Positions 32,501 through 41,954 of a DNA stretch of 64,000 bases are shown piece after piece (within the stretch, counting starts at the first letter, position 1; each line of letters opens with the position of its first letter). The position numbers were made by a program, and so were the translations under genes. The DNA comes from an uncultured bacterium (GTDB lineage Bacteria; Chloroflexota; UBA5177; JANWHV01): NCBI GenBank assembly GCA_963827235.1, contig CAWHAE010000012.1, forward strand, positions 1,056,001 to 1,120,000. The letters are read 5' to 3'. The notes beneath the pieces are model-generated. The model worked only from the letters and a program-made list of their open reading frames with translations. It searched no databases and was not told the DNA's origin.

Positions 32501-35459
32501 CCATACCACTGCAGAAGAATACGCGGTGCTGTGGCAGACGATCACTACCGGGGACACCTGGACGGGAACATTCCTGAACAGGAAGAAGGACGGCAGCCGG
32601 TATTGGGAATGGGCCTCCATCTCGCCCATCTTCAACACCGACGGCGCGATCGCCCAGTTCGTGGCGGTGAAGGAAGACATCACCGACCGGATGCAGGCGG
32701 AAGCGGCGCTGCGGCAGAGCGAGGAGCGATACCGGCAGATCATCGAGACGGCGCAAGAGGGGATCTGGCAGGTCGACGGCGAAGGCCGCACCACCTTCGT
32801 CAACTCGCGCATGGCGGAGATGCTGGGTTACAGGCCGGACGAGATGCTTGGCCGGTATTCCTGGGAGTTCACGCCGGAAAGCGAGCTAACGGCTGCTCGT
32901 GAGCGGCAGCAGCGCCGGGAGCGGGGTGAAGGCGGGGTGTCCGAGAACTGCTACCGTCACAAGGACGGCAGCGTGCGCTGGTTCCATGCCCAAGCCTTTC
33001 CTCTCCTCGATAAGCAAGGCGGCAGTGCCGGCGGTCTCGGCATGCTCATAGACACCACCGAACGGCGCGAAGCAGACCGGGCGCGGACGCGGCTGGCGGC
33101 GATCGTGGAGTCCTTTCCCGACGCCATCATCGGCGTGTCGGTGGACGGCGTGATCGAGAGCTGGAACGACGGCGCGGTGCGTCTGTACGGCTATAGCGCC
33201 GAGGAAGCGGTTGGCCGGCCCATGACGCTCCTGGCGCCGATAGGCCGGACGGACGAGGTCGTCGGCATCCACCGGTCGATTGCCGAGGGCCAGGGCGCGG
33301 TCCATGTCGAGTGCCTGCGGCGCCACAAGGACGGACACAACGTCGACGTGTCGGTGACCGTCTCCCCCATTCGCGATGCCGCCGGCACCGTCCTGGGGAA
33401 CGCCTCTGTCACGCGCGACATCTCCGACCGCAAGCGGGCCGAAGTCGCCCTGCGCGAGAGCGAGCGGCGCTACCGCCAGCTGTTCGAGAACATGACCGCG
33501 GCCTTCGCCTTGCACGAGATGCTCTACGACGCGGAGGGCAAGCCGGTCGACTACCGTTTCCTGGAGGTCAATCCAGCCTTCGAGCGGCTGACCGGCCTGC
33601 CGGCCGGCCGCGTGGTGGGCCGCATGGTGCGCGAGGTGATGCCGGACACCGAGCAGTACTGGATCGATGTCTACGGCAGAGTGGCGTCAACCGGGCAGTC
33701 GACCACCTATGAGAACTACGCCCAGGCCTTGGGCCGATACTACGATGTCTTTGCGTTTTGCCCCGAGCCACACCAGTTCGCGGTGATCTTCTCCGACGTG
33801 ACCGAGCGCAAGCGTGCCGAAGCGGCGCTGCGCCAAAGCGAACAGGACTTCCGGCTGCTGGCGGAGAACTCCACGGACGTCATCGCTCGACTCGCGCCGG
33901 ACCTGACCGTGCGCTACGTCTCGCCGTCCGTGCGCCAGGTGCTGGGCTACGAGGCGGCGGAGGTAATGGGCCGGCAATTCTTCGCTCACGTGCATCCGGA
34001 TGACGTGGATCAGCACGCGCGAGCGACCGAGCGGACCCTGGCCGAGCCGGGAAACCGGACGGTGGTCTACCGGCATCGGCACGCCGACGGACGGTACATC
34101 TGGGTGGAAGTGAACGGCCACGCCGTGCGCGAGCCGTCCACTGGTGAAGTGCTCGAAATCCAGGCCACCGCGCGCGACATCACGGTGCGCAAGCAGGCGG
34201 AAGATGCCCTGCGGGACGTGGCGGAGGAGCGCGCCGAACAGGCGGCAGTGGCGGAGGCCCTGGCCGAGGTGAGTGCTCTGCTGGCCAGCGACCTGGAGTT
34301 CGCAACCGTCCACTCGGGCATTCTGCAGGCAATGGCCCGCGTCATTCCATGCACCACCACCCATGTTTTCACCTACCGCGACGGGTGGGCGGTAGTGATC
34401 GGTGCGCACGGTAGGCCCTGCGTGCCGGTAGGCACGCGGGTGGCTCGCCTGGAGGACACCGGGGAGTTCTTTCCCCAGTCGCCGGCGCAGGCCAGGCTAC
34501 TCAGCGAGACCCGTGGCGCGCCCGGCTGGCGGAACATCGCTCCGTGGGTGGACGAGCACGAGGTGCGCAGCGCCATCAGCCTGCCGCTCATCGTGCACGG
34601 CGAGGTCCACGGCTGCCTGATAGCAGGCGGCGCGACGCCGAGTCACTTCACCGCGAGTCACCTCCGCATCGCCCAAGCCTTTGCCGAGCGTATGACCCAG
34701 GCCCTCTGGAATGCCCGCCTGTACCAGCTGGAGCGGGAGCGTGCGCGGGCCGCGGAGCATCTGGCCGCGCTGCGCAACGAGTTCGTGAGCACGGTCAGCC
34801 ATGAGCTGCGCACGCCGCTGACCACCGTGCTGGGCTACGCGGAAATGCTCGAGGGACACTGGTCGCGGTTCAGCGACTCGCAGCGGCACATGCACCTGAA
34901 GCGCGTCGTGCTGGCAGCCAATCGCCAGAAGAAGCTGATCGACGACCTGCTGCGCGCCGGCACCTACGAGGGCGAGAAGCTCACCGTACAGCGCGAGCCC
35001 GTGCAAGTGCCGAATGTGGTAGCGAAGGCCATTGAAGCGGTGAACGCCAGCTATGCGGACCAATCGATCAATGCCGCCGGCCCTCTGGACATGGCGGCGC
35101 TGGCCGATCCTTCGTGCCTGGAGCAGGTGCTGACCAACCTGTTCGATAATGCCGCCAAGTATTCGCCGGCAGGCGCTCCCATCGAGGTGTGGTGGAGGCA
35201 GGAAGAGGAGCGCGTGCTGATCTCCGTGCGCGACCATGGGCCCGGCATTCCGGACGAGGGACGGGGCGTATTGTTCACGCGCTTTGGCCGCGTACCGGGC
35301 AGCCGCACACGGGCAGGCCGAGTCGGCACCGGGCTTGGCCTGTACTTGGGGCGCGCCTATGCCGAGGCGATGGGCGGCACGCTCGATCTGGAGTCAACCG
35401 GGGACGCCGGCAGCACATTCTGCTTGCGGCTTCCCGCTGCCGGGCATAACGCGCTCTGA
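29538..35459 (+). CDS. Giant cytoplasmic sensor histidine kinase: HTH_17-like, 5 GAF, 6 PAS, HisKA, HATPase
   Basis: YLTASQAAKFLGVSRGTV...GGAYRF at the N-terminus. Repeated PAS and GAF signatures. SHELRTPLT, NLFDNAAKY, DHGPGI, GTGLGL. Confidence 0.93.
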   Translation: MAGEYLTASQAAKFLGVSRGTVLNAVDAGELKAVYRMPGGAYRFVLPDVERYAQWRAVKHEVEAQARAAVRLQARQAVSGRGAPIDALLERLADLPREGKGDAGAEIADILALLADSLQVGATLVACCEDGHWPIVYVHDRVGMAVRAGTSLPWDEVFTLAFDGGPPTSLIVEDVRTDARLSQPADLPPWRAGTLTAVSLHRAGGLLYGALCTLHPSTRPVPTGEPALLRLAGRMVVQAVETATLRERERREAQRAGRLAAIVEQSGDAIFRISASGLIETWNAGATRLYGYSAEEAVDRSISMLAPVDRAGEQPGMLHRLMHGADVLDFETVRLRKDGSTVDVLLTISGIRDDAGRLIAASAITRDIGDRLRVRRAEREEAEEAQAVAALGAALAGSLDLPELYQAILDQAARLLPYDLASIVQYEDRWAVVVASAGPRKVAAGSRFYRRPESDPFWTVAPGCATYVPDTAQEPAWQGVDPGAGGLGLRSIVHVPLVLRSGTVGCLGIASLRPVCYSERQIRLAVSLGGFAAQALGNAQLYAAEQARARVAEQLAGLQREQAQEAQVMAALSAALAGTLDSAEVYRVILEEAARLLPFHVADIFLYDEGWAVVAASAGDQPLAGGAHHMQLDGGDPCWLPPSGDVSYLPDTDEEPLWRHIAPRVGDYRIRSHVSMPLVLEGVQVGCFAVGSYSPHAYTDDHLRLARVFGERAAQALRNARLHESERERARLAEERARLQAAEVAKAGQLAALQEVTAGLAVVRTPEEIAGRVMSVAARLLGAVAGTVRLLSGDGAWLERVHGDDESYLVRPVVERMAMDNRNAIADAVIQDKAIVVESPEEQLARYPEFAPVRFAHGIRAYVALPLRVETHVIGALSFGFAQPRAITAGERDFIAAVAALTGQALERARLYVMERERAEAAEELVRMREAADAAVRTLSRAVEQSPASVLITDPDGSIVYVNPTFCRLTGYAAEEVVGQNPRVLKTGHTTAEEYAVLWQTITTGDTWTGTFLNRKKDGSRYWEWASISPIFNTDGAIAQFVAVKEDITDRMQAEAALRQSEERYRQIIETAQEGIWQVDGEGRTTFVNSRMAEMLGYRPDEMLGRYSWEFTPESELTAARERQQRRERGEGGVSENCYRHKDGSVRWFHAQAFPLLDKQGGSAGGLGMLIDTTERREADRARTRLAAIVESFPDAIIGVSVDGVIESWNDGAVRLYGYSAEEAVGRPMTLLAPIGRTDEVVGIHRSIAEGQGAVHVECLRRHKDGHNVDVSVTVSPIRDAAGTVLGNASVTRDISDRKRAEVALRESERRYRQLFENMTAAFALHEMLYDAEGKPVDYRFLEVNPAFERLTGLPAGRVVGRMVREVMPDTEQYWIDVYGRVASTGQSTTYENYAQALGRYYDVFAFCPEPHQFAVIFSDVTERKRAEAALRQSEQDFRLLAENSTDVIARLAPDLTVRYVSPSVRQVLGYEAAEVMGRQFFAHVHPDDVDQHARATERTLAEPGNRTVVYRHRHADGRYIWVEVNGHAVREPSTGEVLEIQATARDITVRKQAEDALRDVAEERAEQAAVAEALAEVSALLASDLEFATVHSGILQAMARVIPCTTTHVFTYRDGWAVVIGAHGRPCVPVGTRVARLEDTGEFFPQSPAQARLLSETRGAPGWRNIAPWVDEHEVRSAISLPLIVHGEVHGCLIAGGATPSHFTASHLRIAQAFAERMTQALWNARLYQLERERARAAEHLAALRNEFVSTVSHELRTPLTTVLGYAEMLEGHWSRFSDSQRHMHLKRVVLAANRQKKLIDDLLRAGTYEGEKLTVQREPVQVPNVVAKAIEAVNASYADQSINAAGPLDMAALADPSCLEQVLTNLFDNAAKYSPAGAPIEVWWRQEEERVLISVRDHGPGIPDEGRGVLFTRFGRVPGSRTRAGRVGTGLGLYLGRAYAEAMGGTLDLESTGDAGSTFCLRLPAAGHNAL

Positions 35460-35632
35460 CCGCCTGTGTCGTTTCGCCCGCGGCCACATCCGCCGGCACG
35501 CCCACTGCAGGCCGACCCGGTGGGGTAGCTATAGAATATGTAAGAATGTGGATTCGGCCAATTGGTCGTGTCGATGCGAATCATCAGGGTGTTGCTCGAC
35601 CGGCGCCAGGTCTGGAAAGGTCAATCCCCGGC

Positions 35633-36726
35633 ATGCAACACGCCGATGACTTGAGCGCACAGCTCCGCGCATATCCTGCGCTCCCCGAGCGATTGAGCGC
35701 CGCCAGGCCGGACGCGGCGGAGTGGGTGACTGGCGAGCTGTTTCAGCGCCATCCCGACCTATTGGCTCGCTTCGGCGAGCGAGGCCGGACATTCACACGC
35801 GAGGACATCGGCTTTCACGTCGCCTCGTTGGCCGGCGCCATCGCGGGGTGGTCACCTACCGCGTTTGAGGACTACGTGCGATGGTCGGTCCGCGTACTGC
35901 GGGCGCGCGGCATGCAGCCGCCGCTTCTTGGCGAGGCGCTCTCGCTGATCGACGAGGCGCTGCAGCCGGGGTTGACCGGCGAGGAACACCGTATCGTGGC
36001 CTCGCTGCTTGCGCTCGGCAGCGTGGCGTGCCTGCAGGAGCCCGCGTTGCCGGCAACGTCGCAATCTGCACCGGGACAGGTCGGGCCGGACCCCTTCCTG
36101 GAAATGGTGCTGCAGGGCCGGCGGGCCGAGGCGCTCAGGATCGCCAGCGACGCGCTGAGCGCCAGCGGCTCGCTGCTGGACGCCTATCTCGGCGTGTTGC
36201 AGGAAGCGCTCTACGAGGTGGACCGGCTGTGGGAGGCGAACCGGATCACGGTCGGCGTAGAGCACATGGCCACGGCAATCGTCCAGTACGTGGCGGCTCG
36301 GCTCACCGAGCAAGTGACGGCCGGTGCCAATACGCAGGGCAAGATCGTGATCGCGGGCGTGCAGGGATACGGCACCAGGTCGGCGCCAGCATGGCGCCAC
36401 TGTTACTGGAGATGGACGGCTGGACCGTGCGCTATCTCGGTACCGACCTCCCACACGGCAGCGTTCTCGCCCTTTTCGACAGCCTCGATGCCGATATCCT
36501 GTGCGTCTGTGCAACCTTGCTCTCGCATGTCCCGGTCGTGCGCCGCCTGATTGCCGAGACGCGCGGGCATTTGGGCGATTGATGCCCGCGTCTCGTGGTC
36601 GGCGGGGCGGGGGCACGGTTGGTACCGGGCATCGCCGCGGCAGCCGGCGCCGACTAGGCAGTGAGCAGGCTGGAAGATGCACCGGCCGTGATGCAGTCGC
36701 TGCTCGACGGTGCAACGTCCCTCTGA
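35633..36726 (+). pseudogene. Globin-like (photoglobin) plus cobalamin-binding domain protein, disrupted
   Basis: N-terminal ELFQRHPDL...REDIGFHVASL...FEDYVRW. W-x9-EH (WEANRITVGVEH) and RHQVG after a frameshift near 36367. In-frame TGA 36580 and TAG 36655 interrupt the PRLVVGG...GAD tail. Confidence 0.8.
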
Positions 36727-36786
36727 TGCTGCGCCGGCAGGCAGTTGTCGCCGAGCCCCTGCCGCTACACGCAGCAACGCAGCCGC

Positions 36787-37416
36787 TCAAACGGGATCGT
36801 ATCGCTGCCCTTGCCGAATTGTGGCTCCGCCCAGGACCCAGCGAAAGACATCCTGGACCTGTTGCTCCCAAACAGGCTTCGCCAGGATCAGCGCTGGGCA
36901 CTCGGGCGTGCCGTAGAGCGGCGCAAGGTCGTCGGGGTGGCCGATGATGGCGGCGAGCGGAAGATCCGGCCGGCGCTGGCGCACCGTGCGAATGAACTCC
37001 ACACCATCGGCAGGCCGCCGCGCACGCACGTCGCTCAGCACGAGCGCAATCGAGGCGTTCGCTTCGAGCACCGTTAGTGCCGCACCCGGCTCGCCGGCTT
37101 CGAGAAAGGGGTGACCGGCACGCACCGTGTAGGCGGCAAGCAGCGCCCGCATGTCCGCCTCGTCAGCCACAATCAACACGGTCGGCGATGCCTTTGCCCT
37201 GCGAACGAACGTCCCGCGGCCCTGTTGCCGGTCCAGCAATCCTTCCTCGCTGAGCGTGGCAATCGCCTGACGCACCGTCACCGGCGAGACGCCGAACTGC
37301 ACGGCCAGGCTCGTGTGGCTCGGCAGCTTCCCGCCGGGCGCATACTCCCGGTTGACAATCGCCGACCGCAGGCAAGCATATACTCGTCCCGACTGCCGCC
37401 CAAGTTCGTGATACAT
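36787..37416 (-). CDS. GntR-type HTH fused to a C-terminal receiver domain
   Basis: PGGKLPS..LAVQFGVSPVTVRQAI...GRGTFV, followed by VLIVADE, LVLSDV and LAKP. Confidence 0.85.
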   Translation of the reverse strand: MYHELGRQSGRVYACLRSAIVNREYAPGGKLPSHTSLAVQFGVSPVTVRQAIATLSEEGLLDRQQGRGTFVRRAKASPTVLIVADEADMRALLAAYTVRAGHPFLEAGEPGAALTVLEANASIALVLSDVRARRPADGVEFIRTVRQRRPDLPLAAIIGHPDDLAPLYGTPECPALILAKPVWEQQVQDVFRWVLGGATIRQGQRYDPV

Positions 37417-37513
37417 TTCGGGCTACCTCCTCTGCACTCCGGCCGCGTATGTCGCCACCTCCGCGGCGGTCTGGCCGGCGATCATAATGCGCTCGGTCCT
37501 CAGCCTGTCATCT

Positions 37514-37547
37514 CAGTCGCTCGACCAGTTGCTCGACCAGTTGCTCG
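37514..37547. repeat. 12-bp tandem repeat (about 2.8 copies) upstream of the GntR-receiver gene
   Basis: CAGTCGCTCGAC CAGTTGCTCGAC CAGTTGCTCG. Confidence 0.55.
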
Positions 37548-37622
37548 CAACGTGGTCACGAACCACCTAAGTTTGCCTAGCCCGCGCAGGGTGACCCGGA
37601 TGCGCGTGGACGAGCGGACGCG

Positions 37623-38087
37623 TCAAGCCGCGGCAATCGCGGCTAGCGCCTCCTGCTCGTCCTGTGCCACCACCTTGTCCAGGTCGAGCAGCAGCACCAG
37701 TCGATCTTCCAGCCTGGCCACTCCCAGCAAGAGTCGCCGCTCGCGCGATTCCTGCACGACGGCCGCTACCGGTTCCACCGCGCTGGAGGGAATGATCGTC
37801 ACCTCGTCCACGCTGTCCACGATCAGCCCCAGACTGTGGCTGCCCAGCTGCACCACCACCACGCGGGTGGCCGCCGTCGGCTCGGCGGCCGGCAGGGCGA
37901 ACCGGCGGCGCAGGTCGAGCACCGGCACGATGGTGCTGCGCAGGTTGGTGATGCCCACGATGTAGGGCAGGGCCTGCGGCACCTGGGTCAGCGAGGGCAG
38001 GCGAATGATCTCGTGCACGGAGGCGATATCCAGGGCGTAGCTCCCGCTGGCCAGTTGGAAAATCACGAATTGGCGGTCGGCGTCCAT
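37623..38087 (-). CDS. cheW: Chemotaxis coupling protein CheW
   Basis: QFVIFQL...VHEIIR...VPQALPYIVGITNLRSTIVPVLDLRRRF...GLIVDSV. GGAGG RBS. Confidence 0.93.
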   Translation of the reverse strand: MDADRQFVIFQLASGSYALDIASVHEIIRLPSLTQVPQALPYIVGITNLRSTIVPVLDLRRRFALPAAEPTAATRVVVVQLGSHSLGLIVDSVDEVTIIPSSAVEPVAAVVQESRERRLLLGVARLEDRLVLLLDLDKVVAQDEQEALAAIAAA

Positions 38088-38169
38088 GTCAACCCTCCCT
38101 TGGCAAGCTCGGGCGGGCCCACCTGTGAGCCCGCCCATCGGCAATCATGCGTGCTTGTGCGGTGCAGTG

Positions 38170-40237
38170 CTACCCGGCCCGCAGCGCCCGGACCTTCGCC
38201 GGGCTCGCCGTCCGCGGTGCCGCTGCGGCTACGTCCAGCGTGAAGTGGCCCATCAGGTCCTTCAGGCCGGTGGCCAGCGCCGCAAGCTCCTCCGCGTTGG
38301 CGGCCATCTCTTCCACCGCCGCGCTCTGCTCCTCGGTCGAGGCGCTTACCTCTTCGGCCCCCGCCGCGCTCTGCTCGCTCACCGCGGCGATGCTCTCTAC
38401 CGAGCCCGTGACCTGCTGCGCGTCCTGCCGCATCCGGCCCGCCGACGTGGCGGTCTCGGCCGCCACCGTGGCCACCCGCGCCGAGGCCGCCTGCACCGCC
38501 GCCACGCTCGCCGTCATCTTGCCCACCGACGTGGTGATCGCACTCGCCTGCGCGTTGGTCTCCTCCACCACGCCCAGGATGCTCTGCAGCGCATTCCCCG
38601 CCTGCTGGCCCAGCTGCGCGCTCTTCTCCACCTCGCTGCTGCCCACCGCCATGGCCTTCACCACATCCTGCACCTGCTGCTGGATGGCGGCAATGCGCCG
38701 GCTGATCTCCTTCGTCTCGTTGCTCGAGCGTTCGGCCAGCTTGCGCACCTCCGCCGCCACGACCGTGAAGCCCTTGCCGTGCTCGCCCGCCCGCGCCGCC
38801 TCGATCGCCGCGTTCAGCGCCAGCAGGTTCGTCTGGGCCGCGATGTCGTCGATCGCCTCCACGATCTGCCCGATCTCCTGGCTGCTAGCACCCAGTGCCT
38901 GCCACCTGCTCCGCGCTCTTCTGCACCGCGGCCCGCACGCTGTCGATACTGCTGATCGTCTGGGCCACGGCGGCCCCGCCCTCCTTGGCCGTGCCCGCCG
39001 CGCGGCCGGCCGCGCCGGTCACCGCGTCCACGCTCTTGCTGGTTTCGCCCAGGGCCTGCCGCAGCTCGCCGATCGCCTGGTCGGCCTGGTCGGCAGCCGC
39101 GCTCTGCGCCTCGGCCCCGCCCGCCACCTGCACCACGGCGGCGTTCAGCGCCGTCATCTGCGCTATCGCCTCGGCGCTGTCCTTGCTCTGCTGGCTGGTG
39201 CCCCGCGCCACTTCCTCGATCGCGCGCGAAATCTGCGTGCTGGCCTGTCCCACCTGCTGGCTGGCCTGCGCCAGCTGCGCGGAGCCTGCCGTCACCTGGT
39301 CCGCCGAGCCGGCAACCTGGCCGATCGTGGACATGAGGTCGGCCCGCGCCTGCTCATAGGCACCGATCGCCGTCTGCGCTCGGCCGATGATCGCCCGCAC
39401 CACGTCGGCGGTCTGGCCGATCTCGTCTTTGGCCGTATAGGTGGGCGGCGTGGTACTGACGTGGGCCTCGACCGTCAGGTCGCCACGAGAGAGGGCGGTA
39501 ATGCCCTCGGCCAGCCCCACCATACAGATGCTGGCCACGCTGTTCGCGGCGCGCTGCACCTCCGCCAGGGGTCGCGTGATCGAGCGGGCGATGAACCAGC
39601 CCAGAGCCAGGGCACAGAGCACTGCCAGCAGCAGGACGATCACCAGCTCCGTCGTGGCCGTCGAGTACGCATTGCTGGCGTCGTGCTGTGCATAGCCCAT
39701 GTACTTTTGGTTGCTGGCCAAGAGCAGACCCAGATTCGCCGTGACCTGGTTGGCGACTGTCTTCTCCGTGCCGGTAGAGATCTTCGTCGCTGCGGCCTTG
39801 GACGCGGGCGTGTTCTGGCGAGCCAGCTGCACGACCTGCGTGTCGAGCGCCGTCCACTGCTGCAAGAGCGGCGTCGTCCGGTTGGAGAGGTTTAGTTCGT
39901 ATGCATCGTCGAACGGTACCTCGAAGTTCGTCTTCCAATCTTCCTGCACGCGCGTAAGTGCCGCCGCTGACTTGGCAGCGTACGAGTCGATTTCAGCCTT
40001 GCTACTCGACATCACCGCGCCGCGGGAATAGCGGATCGCGTCGGACATGTCGAGCTGCGTGCCCTGCAGCAGAGCGACTGCGGGCATCGAGATGGTGGTC
40101 AGCGTCTTAAGCGAATTGTCCTGGGACTGCAGGCCGAGGTAGCCCGCACCGGCCACTACGGCGGCCAGCACCGCCATCAGGACAAAACTGCCGATCAGCT
40201 TGGGGGTCATTCGAAGGTTCCTGAACCACGCCATCAT
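38170..40237 (-). CDS. Methyl-accepting chemotaxis protein (TM, four-helix sensor, TM, HAMP, MCP signal), frameshifted near 38890
   Basis: Two TM helices, [47 protein letters not shown]. Split over ORFs 38885..40540 and 38170..38862. Confidence 0.93.
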
Positions 40238-40414
40238 GCGGGTCCTTTCTCGCTTGCCGCGTAATCTCAAGTTGAATGAAAGGCCGTATCGTGTCAGGAA
40301 CGCCAAGCGGCGTTCCAGAGACCAGCTCTCCTGCAGATGCCCGCGGTGCGCACCATGGACGGCTTGCAGATGCCGCCGGACCAGTGGATCGGCAGGAGAC
40401 CGGTCCGGCAGCTT

Positions 40415-40559
40415 GCGTGCAACTGCGTACGAGAACTTACGCGGTTGCGGGTCTGTGCTCATTATCGCCATGCGTGCGTAATTGGCTATCCGCCCAGTAG
40501 TAGTGGCACGGATGGGGGACGAAATCAGCAAATTGCGCAATCGGCAGCGATACGATTCC
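40415..40559. repeat. Copy 2 of the ~145-bp direct repeat
   Basis: Same blocks and spacing (95 vs 96 bp between block starts) as 29253-29396. Confidence 0.8.
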
Positions 40560-40584
40560 TGCCTATTGCACGCCGCCGGACGAC

Positions 40585-40794
40585 GTGGAGGTGCGGCCCG
40601 TCACGCTGGCGCGCCGCCAGACTCTGACGCGCACCAGCGTGACCACGATCAGCCTGCGCACCACTGCCACGGGGACTACGCTTCCTCCCGGCGCGATGCC
40701 CGCGGGCACCTACACCTGGCGCGCGGTCCCGATCGACGCGAGCGGCAACCCCCTGACCGCGTGGAGCCCGGACCACACGTTCACGCTGCCCTGA
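40585..40794 (+). pseudogene. C-terminal remnant of an extracellular Ig/FnIII-like protein
   Basis: PAGTYTWRAVPIDASGNPLTAWS resembles the last strands of a beta-sandwich. No N-terminus is present. Confidence 0.45.
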
Positions 40795-41162
40795 GCCGGA
40801 GCGCGGGCACGTGGGAAAGACGAGTCGATGCCGGCAGGACGGTGCGTGGATGCTCCCGGCGCCCCGTATCGACGAGGCAAATACCGGTGGCACTACCGGC
40901 GCAGCGCCGATCAGTCGGGCTGCGCCGCCGGCAGCCCGGTGTTCGCCCTGTCGAGAATCCGATTCCGCTCACATCTCCGCTATCCCGGTGCATGCCGGGG
41001 TGGGATGTGCCGCCTGATGGGTGGTGACGCGCGTGCACCGGCATGAGCCGCCGCCGGAAGAGGGGGGCGGGGCGTTCACGTGTCCTCAAGGTGTCGAGGT
41101 TGTCAGACGCCAACACCGTATGCAGCGCCATCTATCGTTCATTCGCAAAAGGAGTGAGTCTC

Positions 41163-41954
41163 GTGCCGATCCGCTTTCGTCGCATCTTCACCGTGTTCGC
41201 CCTGCTGATCCTCGCGGGCAGCGCGAACGTCCCGGCCACCGTTGCCCGCGATATCGCCGCGCCTGCCGCGCCGATCCTCGTCTCCACCGGGCAGGGAGCG
41301 TACTTCACCGTCCTGCTGGGCACGCGGCTCTGCGTGGCCAACGCTGCTGACGACAACATCTCCGTGCTCGACGCTGCCAGGAACCGCGTCGTCGCCACCC
41401 TGCCCGGTCCGTACCGGGACCTGCAGGCTATCGCGGCCAACCCCGTCACCAACCGCCTCTATGTCTCGGGCAATCAGACCGTCGAGGTGGTCGACCCGGC
41501 TACGGGGAACATCCTGGATCGGCCGATTGCCGTCTACGCCCTCATCGATGCCGGTCTCGCCGTCGATCCCGCCACCAACAACATCTACGCCGGCGACGCG
41601 GACGGCAACCAGATCATCACCATCGACGGGGCCACGGACACCGCGTACCTGGGCGCGATCGGCGTGATGACGGTTGGTAACTGCGTGGAAAGCATCGCCC
41701 CCGAGCCCGGCACCCTGCACGTCTTCGCCGCCAACCCCTGCGACGGCACGGTCAGCGACATGGATCTCGACCAGGACGCGCCCGTGGCCACCATTCCTGC
41801 CGGTACCGACCCCGAGCAGGTGGCGCTGGATCCAGGGCTGCACCGTCTCTACGTGGTCGACGGGCAGGTAGGGGCCACGGCCCAGATAGCCGCGGCGTAT
41901 CGGGGTGCGATAGAAACATACGTTGCGGCGTCGGGGCACAGCGCCACGGGCTGA
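41163..41954 (+). CDS. Secreted YncE/YVTN beta-propeller protein, probably C-terminally truncated
   Basis: Signal peptide, then repeats ISVLDAARNRVVATLP, IAANPVTNRLYV, LAVDPATNNIY, VALDPGLHRLYV. Confidence 0.8.
   Translation: MPIRFRRIFTVFALLILAGSANVPATVARDIAAPAAPILVSTGQGAYFTVLLGTRLCVANAADDNISVLDAARNRVVATLPGPYRDLQAIAANPVTNRLYVSGNQTVEVVDPATGNILDRPIAVYALIDAGLAVDPATNNIYAGDADGNQIITIDGATDTAYLGAIGVMTVGNCVESIAPEPGTLHVFAANPCDGTVSDMDLDQDAPVATIPAGTDPEQVALDPGLHRLYVVDGQVGATAQIAAAYRGAIETYVAASGHSATG

Noticed and set aside
36580-36657. In-frame TGA and TAG in the B12-binding protein as Sec or Pyl recoding
   Set aside because: Neither falls on an expected catalytic Cys or Lys position. Simple point mutations such as CGA to TGA explain them.
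40503-40520. TGGCAC as a sigma54 -24 box in repeat copy 2
   Set aside because: No TTGC -12 element at the required spacing, and it is not conserved in copy 1.
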